From Myxococcota bacterium (GTDB lineage Bacteria; Myxococcota_A; UBA9160; UBA6930), in assembly GCA_965223705.1 (NCBI GenBank), contig OZ245015.1, positions 2,560,001-2,624,000 on the forward strand: DNA of 64,000 nt. Direction: 5' to 3'. The translations under genes and the position numbers were made by a program. A model generated the notes under the pieces. It had not been told where the DNA came from, did no database searches, and worked only from the letters and a program-made list of their open reading frames with translations. Below are positions 48,999-57,869 of this stretch, in pieces (within the stretch, counting starts at the first letter, position 1; each line of letters opens with the position of its first letter).

Positions 48999-49546
48999 CG
49001 AGCGTCTCCCTCGAGCGCCACACGGATCTCCTGCATCACGTCCGCGGCACTTCGTCCGTCGGTCACCACACGGATCTTCGCTGTCTCGTAGTACGAACGC
49101 CGCGCTTCATAGAGTTCCCGCAGCCGATCCGTCCGGGCTCGCCGATCCAAGCCGGCGAGAAGGGGCCGCGTATCGTCGTCTCCGATCCGTTCGGCCAGAG
49201 TCTCGGGGGACGCCTCGAGGTAAACGACGGTGCCCGTCTCGGCGAGTCGATCGGCCGTGCCCGGAAACGCGATCGCGCCGCCTCCGAGGGCCACGACCCG
49301 CGCGCGACCCGCCAGACCTTCGATCGTGGCGCGCTCGATTCGCCGGAACTCCGCTTCCCCGTCGTCGGCGAATATCGTCGGGATCGTTCTCCCCTCGCTC
49401 TTCTCGATGGCTTGATCGGTGTCGACAAAGGACCGCCCGAGGGCCTCCGCGAGGAGCGGCCCGACGGTCGACTTCCCCGCCCCCATCAGGCCTACCAACC
49501 AGATCGTTCCGCCCGTTCGTGGCGACTGCTCAACCGGATCCCCCAC
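48995..49546 (-). CDS. aroK: Shikimate kinase
   Basis: GLMGAGKSTVG, DTD, GE..FR, LGGG, RPLL. Start approximate. Confidence 0.95.
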   Translation of the reverse strand: MGDPVEQSPRTGGTIWLVGLMGAGKSTVGPLLAEALGRSFVDTDQAIEKSEGRTIPTIFADDGEAEFRRIERATIEGLAGRARVVALGGGAIAFPGTADRLAETGTVVYLEASPETLAERIGDDDTRPLLAGLDRRARTDRLRELYEARRSYYETAKIRVVTDGRSAADVMQEIRVALEGDAR

Positions 49547-49577
49547 AACGCGAGGAGTATAGGCGACCCGAAACGCG

Positions 49578-49610
49578 AAACGGCGGAGCGGGTCGAAACC
49601 CACTCCGCCG
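49578..49610 (-). terminator. Intrinsic terminator-like hairpin after pilQ
   Basis: CGGCGGAGUGGGU-UUCG-ACCCGCUCCGCCG followed by UUUCGCGUUU on the minus strand. Confidence 0.7.
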
Positions 49611-49636
49611 CTCTGTCGTTTCAGCCCCTGCGCAGG

Positions 49637-52600
49637 CTAGGAGCCCGCGTCCGGGTTCACCACGATTCGCGGCGTCACGAAGACCAGGAGTTCCTGACGG
49701 ATATCCCGGATCTCGGTGTTGCGGAACGCCGGTCCGAGGAGCGGGATCTTGTGCAGGTACGGCACCCGCGACTCCCGATCCGACTTCCGGACCACGTAGA
49801 TGCCACCGATGACGAGCGTCTGACCGTCCTTGACGAGCGTTTCCGTCTCCGCCTGGTTCTTGGCGATCGCCGGCGAGCCGGTCGGCGTCGGAACGCTGTC
49901 GTCGGGCGCGTTTCGCTGGACTTCGATGTCCATGATGATCGAGCGATCGGCCGTGATGTGCGGCGTCACCTCGAGCTTCAAGACCGCGTCGATGAACTCG
50001 AGCTTGGCGTCGCCGTTCTCGAACGTCTGGAACGGAATCGACACACCCTGCTCGATCGTCGCCTCGCGATTGTCGAGCGTGACGACCCGCGGACTCGAGA
50101 TGACCTTGCCCTCACCGTTGCTCTCGGCGGCCTCGAGGCGGAGTTCGACGTTGAACTTCTCGTCGAGGATGAATGCGCCGAGGTCGAGCAAGCCGTTCGC
50201 CAGACTCGTGATCGGGTTCGCCACGCTCACATGGTTGAACGTATCGGTGAATCCCGTGAGCGACGGGTTGTTGTGGAACTTCAGGTCCTCACTCCCGATG
50301 TCCTGTCGGATCCCGCTGTCGGCGTCGAATCCGTCGACGAGCGGCTGAGCGCCGAAGGCCCAGGTGCTACCGATCTCGCGCGAGAAGTCGAGGTTCGCTT
50401 CGACGATTTTCGCCTCGATCAGCACCTGCGGTGTCTGCGTGTCGATCGCTTTGACGAGCGCGGTCGCTTCGTCGATCACCGACGGGATGTCCTTCAGGAT
50501 CAACGTGTTGGTGCGCTTGTCGATATCGACGGTGCCGCGCGCTGAAAGCAGGCGCTTCACCATGTCGGACACTTCGTTCACCGCGGCGTAGTTCACGGGC
50601 TGCAGTTTCACGACCAGGTCTTCGAGCTTTTCTTTCGCCCGTCGTTCCTGGAGGCGCGCTTCCTCTTCGGCCTTGAGCAGGTCGAGCGGAGCGATGCGCA
50701 ACACGTTGCCGACGCGGACAAAGCCCAGACCCTTCGTCAAGAGGATCACATCGAGGGCCTGGTCCCAGGGAACATCGACCAATCGAATCGTGACCTGGCC
50801 CTGCACTTCGTCCCCGGCGATGACGTTCAGATCCGACACCTCGGCGATGAGTCGCAGAACGTCCGCGATCTCGACGTCCTTGAAGTCGAGCGAGACGCGA
50901 CGCCCCGTATAGGCCTTGCCCTCGATCAGACCGCCTTCCTGCAGGATGTCGATCGCCTCCATGGGCTCGATGGCCGCGGGAACCGGCTCGGGCATGAGCT
51001 CCGCGTGATTCTGCGCCATCGCCTTGTCGGCCACGTGATGGACCTCGGGCTCCACGGCCGCCGCGCGGTCCGCGGCCGCGAGCATCGGAATGTCGGCCGC
51101 CATCCCCGCCGAATGCGGGAAGTCGAGGAACAGCATCGTGCCCTGCTGCGTGATCTCAGGCGTGACGCCCGGGGCGCGTCGAATGACGATCCGCACCTCG
51201 GGAACTTCCGTCTCCGGCTGCTGGAACGCGCGCACCATGGACACCGCCGCGGGCTCTTCAGGAGCCAGTCGGACGGCCGCTTCGGGATCGATATCCGCGT
51301 GTGCGAGCTGCAGGATCAGCGTGCTGGGATCGGGCTCGAGAACTTCGTAGCGAGCCTGCGAATCCGACAACACCACCACGCGATCGCGATCCGACTGACC
51401 GTCGAACTGAACGCCGTACACGTGGATGCCGGCCCCACTGCGGTGGGCCGCGGCGTCCTCCTCGGGCGTCGCCAGCTCGTCGGCGACGGTGTCGGCGTAC
51501 TCCTCCGCCGGAGCCGGATCGTCCACGAGAGCGTTCGCGTCCTCGGTGAGGGCCCCGGTCGAAGGTTCTTCCGCGAGAAGCGGCTGCGTCTCGTCGCTCG
51601 TCTCCGCGATGAACGCGTCGAAGGAAGCGTCGTCCGTCGCCTCGGTATCCGGAGCGAGTTCGGCCGGGACCGCTTCGTCGAGTTCGTTTGTCGCAAGCTC
51701 GAGACCTTCGTCTTCGAGCGTCAGCGTCGGCGGCGTCTCCGAGAGCTCCGTCGCGTGCTGCGAACCCGCCGCCGCGTGCTCCGAGGGACGGCTACCGCCC
51801 CACGGCCAGTAGGCCGCGTGGGTCGGCGTCGCGTCGCCAATCACCAGCGTCAGGCCCTTCGAGGTCTGCACGAAGCTCGCGGCCTCGAGCTCCTGGCCGT
51901 CGCCGGCGGCGTCGAGCACCACACGGACCTTGTCCGCGTGCTGGCCCACGCGCAGTCGCGCGACCGCATCGGTTCCGACGTCGATCTTGCTGGTCGAGAC
52001 ACCGTTCGTCAGTCCGGGCAGATCCACGACCAATCGCGTCGGATCCGGAATCACGAAGTGGGTCATGTCGGTGATTTCGCCGTCCGCCCACAAGGTCACC
52101 AGCGTGCCGCTGTCCTGGCCGGCGGCTTCGATCCCCGTAAGCTTCTGTGCGGGATCGGCAGAGGCGGGAAACCCTCCTCCACCTTCACCGACGAAGGTCA
52201 TCTCTTCCGGCGAGTCGCCGTAGGTCGTTCCCGACGAGGCCAGGTCGCTCACCGAGTCGGCGTCGTAGCCCGCCTCGGCGGCGTCATTTGCCGCCAGCCC
52301 GGCACTCGCGCCTTCGCTCTGCCACACCCGCAGCTCGAAGCGATCGCCGAGGCCTTCGACGTCGTACTCGACCTCGGTCGCCAAGGTCACCTCGAGTCGG
52401 GTGCGCGGCTCCGCGCCCGGTGCGGTCAGGGTCTCGAGCGTCACGTCTTCGATCAGGCCGTCGTAGATGGCCATCGAGTCGACGATGTCGCCCACCGCAA
52501 CTCCGGGAAGATCGACCACCAACCGGTCCGGCGCGTGCTGCCGGAACGCGGTGTAGATCGGATCCGCCAGGCCGACCAGCTGCACGGTCGTGATGTCGCC

Positions 52601-52795
52601 GTCGCGATCGACCAGGACATCCTCAATGGTGCCGGCCAGCTCGGGCAATTCGGGTTCGGTCGCTTCACCGTAAGTCGGCTCGGGCGGAGCGGGCGCCGGA
52701 TTCGGGCCGTTCGCACAGGCAACGAATGCCATTAGCGCAGCTCCGCCGAGGAGCAGCGCTCCCCGCAACGTGTTGCTTCGTACCATCGAGCTCAC
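49637..52795 (-). CDS. pilQ: Type IV pilus secretin PilQ with N-terminal AMIN domains
   Basis: AMIN motifs (PDRLVVDL, PTRLVVDL), YTGRRVSLDF, VPWDQAL, PQVLIEAKIVE, LVFVTPRI. Confidence 0.96.
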   Translation of the reverse strand: MSSMVRSNTLRGALLLGGAALMAFVACANGPNPAPAPPEPTYGEATEPELPELAGTIEDVLVDRDGDITTVQLVGLADPIYTAFRQHAPDRLVVDLPGVAVGDIVDSMAIYDGLIEDVTLETLTAPGAEPRTRLEVTLATEVEYDVEGLGDRFELRVWQSEGASAGLAANDAAEAGYDADSVSDLASSGTTYGDSPEEMTFVGEGGGGFPASADPAQKLTGIEAAGQDSGTLVTLWADGEITDMTHFVIPDPTRLVVDLPGLTNGVSTSKIDVGTDAVARLRVGQHADKVRVVLDAAGDGQELEAASFVQTSKGLTLVIGDATPTHAAYWPWGGSRPSEHAAAGSQHATELSETPPTLTLEDEGLELATNELDEAVPAELAPDTEATDDASFDAFIAETSDETQPLLAEEPSTGALTEDANALVDDPAPAEEYADTVADELATPEEDAAAHRSGAGIHVYGVQFDGQSDRDRVVVLSDSQARYEVLEPDPSTLILQLAHADIDPEAAVRLAPEEPAAVSMVRAFQQPETEVPEVRIVIRRAPGVTPEITQQGTMLFLDFPHSAGMAADIPMLAAADRAAAVEPEVHHVADKAMAQNHAELMPEPVPAAIEPMEAIDILQEGGLIEGKAYTGRRVSLDFKDVEIADVLRLIAEVSDLNVIAGDEVQGQVTIRLVDVPWDQALDVILLTKGLGFVRVGNVLRIAPLDLLKAEEEARLQERRAKEKLEDLVVKLQPVNYAAVNEVSDMVKRLLSARGTVDIDKRTNTLILKDIPSVIDEATALVKAIDTQTPQVLIEAKIVEANLDFSREIGSTWAFGAQPLVDGFDADSGIRQDIGSEDLKFHNNPSLTGFTDTFNHVSVANPITSLANGLLDLGAFILDEKFNVELRLEAAESNGEGKVISSPRVVTLDNREATIEQGVSIPFQTFENGDAKLEFIDAVLKLEVTPHITADRSIIMDIEVQRNAPDDSVPTPTGSPAIAKNQAETETLVKDGQTLVIGGIYVVRKSDRESRVPYLHKIPLLGPAFRNTEIRDIRQELLVFVTPRIVVNPDAGS

Positions 52796-53367
52796 CCTCC
52801 CTCGCTCTGGCGGACGCGTACTTCGATCTCTTTCGTGGTGCGAGCTCCGACGTAGTCTACGTAGGTCTCTACCACGCGCATCGAGTTATCCCCGATCGCG
52901 ACAATTTCACCGTCGTTCTTACCAATGGGATCGCCGGTCCGCACCACGTAGGATTGGCCCGACGGATCCGTCACCAAGGCCCGCGGGTTGTCGGTTTCCC
53001 AAACAACGCCGAGGAGTTGAAGTTGTGCGAGATCGAACTGCTCGAGGGGGCCTTTCGCCTCTTCGGAATCCTCGTTGATTCGATCCAACACGAACGAACG
53101 GAACGGGTCGCGCTTGCCGATCGGGTCGTAGGTGTAACCCGCTTCGATCGCGCCCAATCCTTCGACCCCTTCGTTCTCCGCAGCCGGATTCTTTGGAATC
53201 CGCGTACCCGCTGTCGGGTCGGCCTGGCGCTCCGCGATGAGCGCGGCGCGCTTCTCTTGGTAGTCGCTCGCGGTCGGCCCCGTCGACTGCTTCTGACACG
53301 CCACCGCGAACGCAGCGACAAGCAGAACCGCGACGAGACCGCCGGTTTGATGCAATCGGATTACCAT
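52792..53367 (-). CDS. pilP: Type IV pilus lipoprotein PilP
   Basis: Lipobox AVAC, YDPIGKRDPF, PLEQFDL.QL.L.G, IGKNDG. Confidence 0.95.
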   Translation of the reverse strand: MVIRLHQTGGLVAVLLVAAFAVACQKQSTGPTASDYQEKRAALIAERQADPTAGTRIPKNPAAENEGVEGLGAIEAGYTYDPIGKRDPFRSFVLDRINEDSEEAKGPLEQFDLAQLQLLGVVWETDNPRALVTDPSGQSYVVRTGDPIGKNDGEIVAIGDNSMRVVETYVDYVGARTTKEIEVRVRQSEGG

Positions 53368-53370
53368 CTC

Positions 53371-54000
53371 TTACCCCTGCCCCGGAACCGCACCCGCTGC
53401 GGGTGCGGCCTTGTTCTCGAGGAAGCGAAATGTCCTGGCTTCACCTTTCACGTGAAGCGTGGTCGTCACCGAGTCTTCCTGATGGATGGTCATGTCGAGC
53501 TTGCCGACGTTGACGATCCGCGGAAGCCGCGAAATCTCGTCGAAGAAGCGCACCACGTCGTGGAAGTTGCCGGTGAATTCGATCTCGATCGGCACTTCGG
53601 CGTAGAAATCTCGATGGTTCTCGGGGGTCGGCCTGAAAGCCTTGAAGTCGAGGCCCGCGTTTTTTCCGAGACTCGAAATGTCGGTCAGGAGAACCGGAAG
53701 CTCCTTGCTGTTCGGAAGCTGCCGCACCGCGACCGCGAGCTTCGCCTCGAGCTCCGCCAGTGTGGCTTCGTAGCTCTCGATGTTCTCGGCGACGGCCTGA
53801 ACTTCCCGAAGCTTGCGCTGCAGGTTCTGCTGCTGCCCGCGAACCCCCATCAGGGTTTGTTTCGCCGGCATGTACGAGAAGTACACATACCCGCCGAGTA
53901 CGACGACAGCGATCGCGGGCGCGAGCGCCATCTGGTACGCCTTCGGCAGTTTGCCGAGCTTGTCGAAAGCGCCCGATAGCTGATCGAGATTGAGATCCAT
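53371..54000 (-). CDS. pilO: Type IV pilus protein PilO
   Basis: TM plus coiled coil, LP..KE.P.LL, FY.EVPI, LPRIVN. Confidence 0.95.
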   Translation of the reverse strand: MDLNLDQLSGAFDKLGKLPKAYQMALAPAIAVVVLGGYVYFSYMPAKQTLMGVRGQQQNLQRKLREVQAVAENIESYEATLAELEAKLAVAVRQLPNSKELPVLLTDISSLGKNAGLDFKAFRPTPENHRDFYAEVPIEIEFTGNFHDVVRFFDEISRLPRIVNVGKLDMTIHQEDSVTTTLHVKGEARTFRFLENKAAPAAGAVPGQG

Positions 54001-54009
54001 CGCGACCCC

Positions 54010-54582
54010 CTAGTTCTGGCTCGAGGCGACCGTACTGGTGCCCGCCATCTGTGCCCGGGCGCGAACCCGAAACTCGTTCAACCGGAAGCCGCCGACGTCC
54101 GTCGCCTCCGTCGCTTCGAGTTCTACGTCCTGAAAGAAAGGCGAACTCGACAGCGACGTCATGAACGCAGCGACGAGTTCGTTGTCGAGGCTCAATCCTT
54201 CGATCCCGATCCCGTTCTCGGAGTGTTCAAACTTCGTGAGCCACAACCGGTCGGGAATATGCGTCGCGATCTCGTCGAAGACGCGGACCGGACCGCTTCG
54301 CGACTCGTCGAGCTCCGCAATCACGCCGAGCTTGTGCTCGATGGCGGCCTTCTTCTTCTTGAACGCTTCGACCTGATCGAGCTGCGGCTTCAACCGGTCG
54401 ATCTCGGCCTGCGTGCGCGTCAGCGATGCCCGCGCGGCACTCAGATCGGAGCGCATCTTCATGAAGTGCAACGCTGCGAGCGCGACACTGCCGGCCAGGG
54501 TCACGGCCAGCATGACGACCAACTGTCGCTGGCCGGCCTTTCGTTTCGCTTCGCGAATCGGGAGTAGATTGATCTCGAGCAT
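54010..54582 (-). CDS. pilN: Type IV pilus protein PilN
   Basis: INLLP motif, TM, coiled coil, P..LWL, L..SPFF. Confidence 0.95.
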   Translation of the reverse strand: MLEINLLPIREAKRKAGQRQLVVMLAVTLAGSVALAALHFMKMRSDLSAARASLTRTQAEIDRLKPQLDQVEAFKKKKAAIEHKLGVIAELDESRSGPVRVFDEIATHIPDRLWLTKFEHSENGIGIEGLSLDNELVAAFMTSLSSSPFFQDVELEATEATDVGGFRLNEFRVRARAQMAGTSTVASSQN

Positions 54583-55649
54583 CAGACGTCCATCCTTCGC
54601 ATCGCGAGACCGACACACACACCCAGAGACGGAGCGATTTCGTCGAGCTCATCGGGGTTCCACTTACTGGACGAGATCATTCGGGCGAGCGGGTTGAGCC
54701 GCTCCACCGGAATGTTGGTCTTGCCCTGGAAGGCGGCGTCGAGCCCGGAAACGCGACAGCCGCCGCCGGACAGGATGATCCGGTTGATTTCACTTTCGGC
54801 GGAGGTCGCGGAGTAGAAGTCGAGCGAGCGCGTAATTTCCCCGATCAGGTTGTCGGTCACGCCGCGCATCGCCTGTTCGACTTCCGCAGGGACGACTTCC
54901 TGACTCTCGGTTCCGGCGGCGCCGCCGATCTTGATCTGCTCGGCTTCGTCGAACCCGATCGACAACGCCTTTTGGATCTCCTCGGTGTAGGCCTGCCCGC
55001 CGGTCGTCATGTCTCGCGTGAACACCGGAATCCCGTCGCAGACGATGTTGATGTTGACGACCTGCGCCCCGATGTTGACCAGCGCAGCGGTTTCCCCGGC
55101 CGCCGGCTCGAACGCGTATTCGTAAGCGTTCTCCACTGCGAAGGCGGCGACATCGAGAACCGCGGGCGTCAAGCCGGCGTCCGCAATCACCTGGGTGTAG
55201 TCGTCGATCAAATCCTTCTTGGCCGCAACGAGGAGCACTTCCATCTGCTCTTCGGCGTCGGCGTGCCGCACGATCTGGAAATCGAGGTTGACTTCGTTGA
55301 TGTCGAACGGGATGTACTGTTCGGCTTCCCAACGGATGGATTCTTCGAGCTCGTCCTCCGACATCTCGGGCAAGCTGATTTTCTTGACGATGACAGCGTG
55401 TCCCGAGATCGCGGTGGCGGCCTGCTTCGCTTTGATCCCCGCCGTGTCGACGGCCTCGCGAATCGCCTCGACGATCGCGCCCGAATTCAGGAACGCTCCC
55501 TGGACAATCGCCTCCGCCGGCAACGGGGCGATCCCCATGTGCAGGAGCTCGAGACCCTTCGGCTTGATGGCGATCTCCATCGCCTTGACGGAAGAGGATC
55601 CGATATCGAGCCCGACGATCGAACTGGATCGCGAAAAAGGCAGCTTCAT
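54582..55649 (-). CDS. pilM: Type IV pilus actin-like protein PilM
   Basis: GLDIGSSSVK, EAEQYIPF, LVNIGA, LSGGG, GLAMR. Confidence 0.97.
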   Translation of the reverse strand: MKLPFSRSSSIVGLDIGSSSVKAMEIAIKPKGLELLHMGIAPLPAEAIVQGAFLNSGAIVEAIREAVDTAGIKAKQAATAISGHAVIVKKISLPEMSEDELEESIRWEAEQYIPFDINEVNLDFQIVRHADAEEQMEVLLVAAKKDLIDDYTQVIADAGLTPAVLDVAAFAVENAYEYAFEPAAGETAALVNIGAQVVNINIVCDGIPVFTRDMTTGGQAYTEEIQKALSIGFDEAEQIKIGGAAGTESQEVVPAEVEQAMRGVTDNLIGEITRSLDFYSATSAESEINRIILSGGGCRVSGLDAAFQGKTNIPVERLNPLARMISSSKWNPDELDEIAPSLGVCVGLAMRRMDV

Positions 55650-55667
55650 GGCGGCTCGCTCCTTGCC

Positions 55668-55937
55668 CTACGCGCTTTCCGCGCGCGGGGAACCTTCCTG
55701 GTGAGTGGGCGATCGCGGCACGTCGTGCGCGCCGTCCTCGGGATTCCCGAACACGCGCGGTCCGTCGGACACCTTCATGTCGAGCGCGTGCAAAATTTTC
55801 CGCTTCGTATCCAGACGACACGGCCGTCCGGCTTCGATCCGGTCGATCGTCAACGTTGAGAGACCCGCTTTCCGAGCCAGCTCAGCCTTGCTGAGCATCT
55901 GTGCTTCGCGGAAGCGCTGAAGATTGTTTTGAGGCAA
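55668..55937 (-). CDS. Small XRE-family HTH protein leading the pilM operon
   Basis: GGAGGGG RBS before TTG; NNL..FRE...SKAELARKAGLS.LTIDRIE.G..CR..TKRKI. Confidence 0.85.
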   Translation of the reverse strand: MPQNNLQRFREAQMLSKAELARKAGLSTLTIDRIEAGRPCRLDTKRKILHALDMKVSDGPRVFGNPEDGAHDVPRSPTHQEGSPRAESA

Positions 55938-55981
55938 CTCGCACCCCTCCCCGGGGGCATCCAACCCCCGTTGCTTCCCGG

Positions 55982-56009
55982 ACATCGGCCTCTCGGAGTT
56001 GCAACTTGA
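55982..56009 (-). promoter_or_regulatory. Putative sigma28-like promoter TCAAG-N15-GCCGATGT for the HTH-pilMNOPQ operon
   Basis: Best match in the window to the FliA-type -10 (GCCGAT). Confidence 0.6.
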
Positions 56010-56107
56010 GGCACAGAAACTCGCAACCAACGCTCCCGAGCTGGCAGCGTTCCGCCGACTCACCTCGGGGCCGCAAAGGACCGAAAAGCCGCCTGAAGGA
56101 GGTCGGC

Positions 56108-57478
56108 TTGGCGGAGCGGATCTTGATCGTGGACGACGACGACAGCCTCCGGGAAAGCCTGGAGCTCGTTCTCGCCGCCGAAGGCTACGAAGTGAGCGCG
56201 GCCGCGAACGGGGCCGAGGCCCTGGAAATCGCACTTTCGGTCTGCCCCGAGATCGTGCTTTGTGACTTGCGCATGCCCGGGATGGACGGCTTGGAACTGC
56301 TTCCCGAGCTCGGTCAGCGCCTCCCGGAAGCGACCCTCATCATGATGTCGGCGTACGGCTCTGCCGACCTGGCCGTCGAAGCGATGCAGCGCGGCGCCTA
56401 CGACTACGTGGCAAAGCCGTTCAATCCGAGCGAAGTGCTGCTCGTCCTGCGAAAAGCCCGCGAGCGGGAACGCCTGCGTCGCTCCCACGCCTTGCTTCAG
56501 CGCGATCTCGAGCGCCGGGGCGCCGGAGAGGCCGTGGTCGCCGCAGCGCCGGCGATGCGGGAAGTCCTCGAGCTCACGACCCGCGCGGCGGGCTACAAAG
56601 CCACGGTGCTGCTCACCGGCGAAAGTGGAACCGGCAAGGAAGTCCTCGCCCGCGCTGTGCATTCGGGCTCGCCGCGATCCGAGCAGGCGTTCGTCCCGAT
56701 CAACTGCGGCGCGATCCCGGAGAACCTGCTCGAAAGCGAGCTCTTCGGCCACAGCCGCGGCGCCTTCACGGGCGCCGACCGGGCGCGGCGTGGGCTGTTC
56801 GTAGAAGCCGATCGCGGCACGATTTTCCTCGACGAGATCGGTGAGCTTCCCCTTCCCCTCCAGGTCAAGCTCCTGCGCGTTCTCCAAGAGGAGGAAGTCC
56901 GACCGGTGGGAGATTCAAAAGCCCGTAGCGTCGACGTGCGGGTGATCGCCGCCACGGCGCGGGACCTCCAGGCCGACGTCGCCGCGGGTCGCTTTCGCGA
57001 GGACCTCTTCTATCGCTTGAACGTCGTACACATCGAGGTGCCGCCGCTCCGCGAACGTCCCGAGGATATTCCCGTGCTCGCGGGCCACTTTCTGACCCTC
57101 ATGACAGGCCGACTCGGGAGACCTGACCTCCGTTTCAGCGATGAAGCCCTGCAGTTGCTGTGTGCTTACCACTGGCCGGGGAACGTTCGAGAGCTCGAGA
57201 ACACCGTCGAACGCGCGGTCATTCTCGCGGACGGCGACGAGATCGACCTGTCGAGCCTCCCGAAAGAACTCCACGGGGCCGGGTCCTCGGAAGCTTCGGC
57301 GCCGTCCGGCCCGGGAGATCTCTCGCTCAAGAAGGCGCGGCGCGATCTCGAGATCGAGCTGATTCGCCGCGCCCTCGACCGCACCGGCGGCAATCGCACC
57401 CACGCCGCCAAAGAGCTCGGAATCAGCCACCGGGCCTTGCTCTATAAGCTCAAAGACTACGAGCTGGGCGACGCCTGA
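56108..57478 (+). CDS. Sigma54-dependent response regulator (REC-AAA-Fis; NtrC/PilR-like)
   Basis: AAGGAGG RBS; ILIVDDD, DLRMPG, GESGTGKE, GAFTGA, FREDLFYRL, WPGNVREL, Fis HTH. Confidence 0.95.
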   Translation: MAERILIVDDDDSLRESLELVLAAEGYEVSAAANGAEALEIALSVCPEIVLCDLRMPGMDGLELLPELGQRLPEATLIMMSAYGSADLAVEAMQRGAYDYVAKPFNPSEVLLVLRKARERERLRRSHALLQRDLERRGAGEAVVAAAPAMREVLELTTRAAGYKATVLLTGESGTGKEVLARAVHSGSPRSEQAFVPINCGAIPENLLESELFGHSRGAFTGADRARRGLFVEADRGTIFLDEIGELPLPLQVKLLRVLQEEEVRPVGDSKARSVDVRVIAATARDLQADVAAGRFREDLFYRLNVVHIEVPPLRERPEDIPVLAGHFLTLMTGRLGRPDLRFSDEALQLLCAYHWPGNVRELENTVERAVILADGDEIDLSSLPKELHGAGSSEASAPSGPGDLSLKKARRDLEIELIRRALDRTGGNRTHAAKELGISHRALLYKLKDYELGDA

Positions 57479-57519
57479 GCGCGGCCCAGCTCGCTGGGTT
57501 CATCGGATCCCGGGGCCCG

Positions 57520-57855
57520 CTAGTCCACGTTGCCGTGAATGACGCGGATCGATCGTGCGACGAGCGCTCCGTTGACATCGTCGGCTTCGAACTCGATCGC
57601 CTCGTCCCCCACCGTCTTGTAGCCGTGCGCGAATTTCGCTCCCGACGGCAACTCCTCGAAAGTAAGCAAGGAGCCGTCCTTGTCGCGGATGACGGTCGTC
57701 GGGCTGACGACGAGCCAGGTTGTCCCGTTCAGCAGCAGGCTCCGATTGCTCGCGTTTTTCTCGAGGATCACGCCGACGCCCTCGACAGCCCAAGCTGCTC
57801 CGGGCAGCAGCGAGATCCATCCCGCCAGTACCAGTAGTTTCATTGCGCGTCTCAT
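57520..57855 (-). CDS. Small exported beta-rich protein (PilY2-like)
   Basis: GAGGAG RBS, signal peptide (AWA), G.I......L.NG pattern; immediately downstream of pilY1. Confidence 0.6.
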   Translation of the reverse strand: MRRAMKLLVLAGWISLLPGAAWAVEGVGVILEKNASNRSLLLNGTTWLVVSPTTVIRDKDGSLLTFEELPSGAKFAHGYKTVGDEAIEFEADDVNGALVARSIRVIHGNVD

Positions 57856-57869
57856 GCGGTTCTCCTCGC

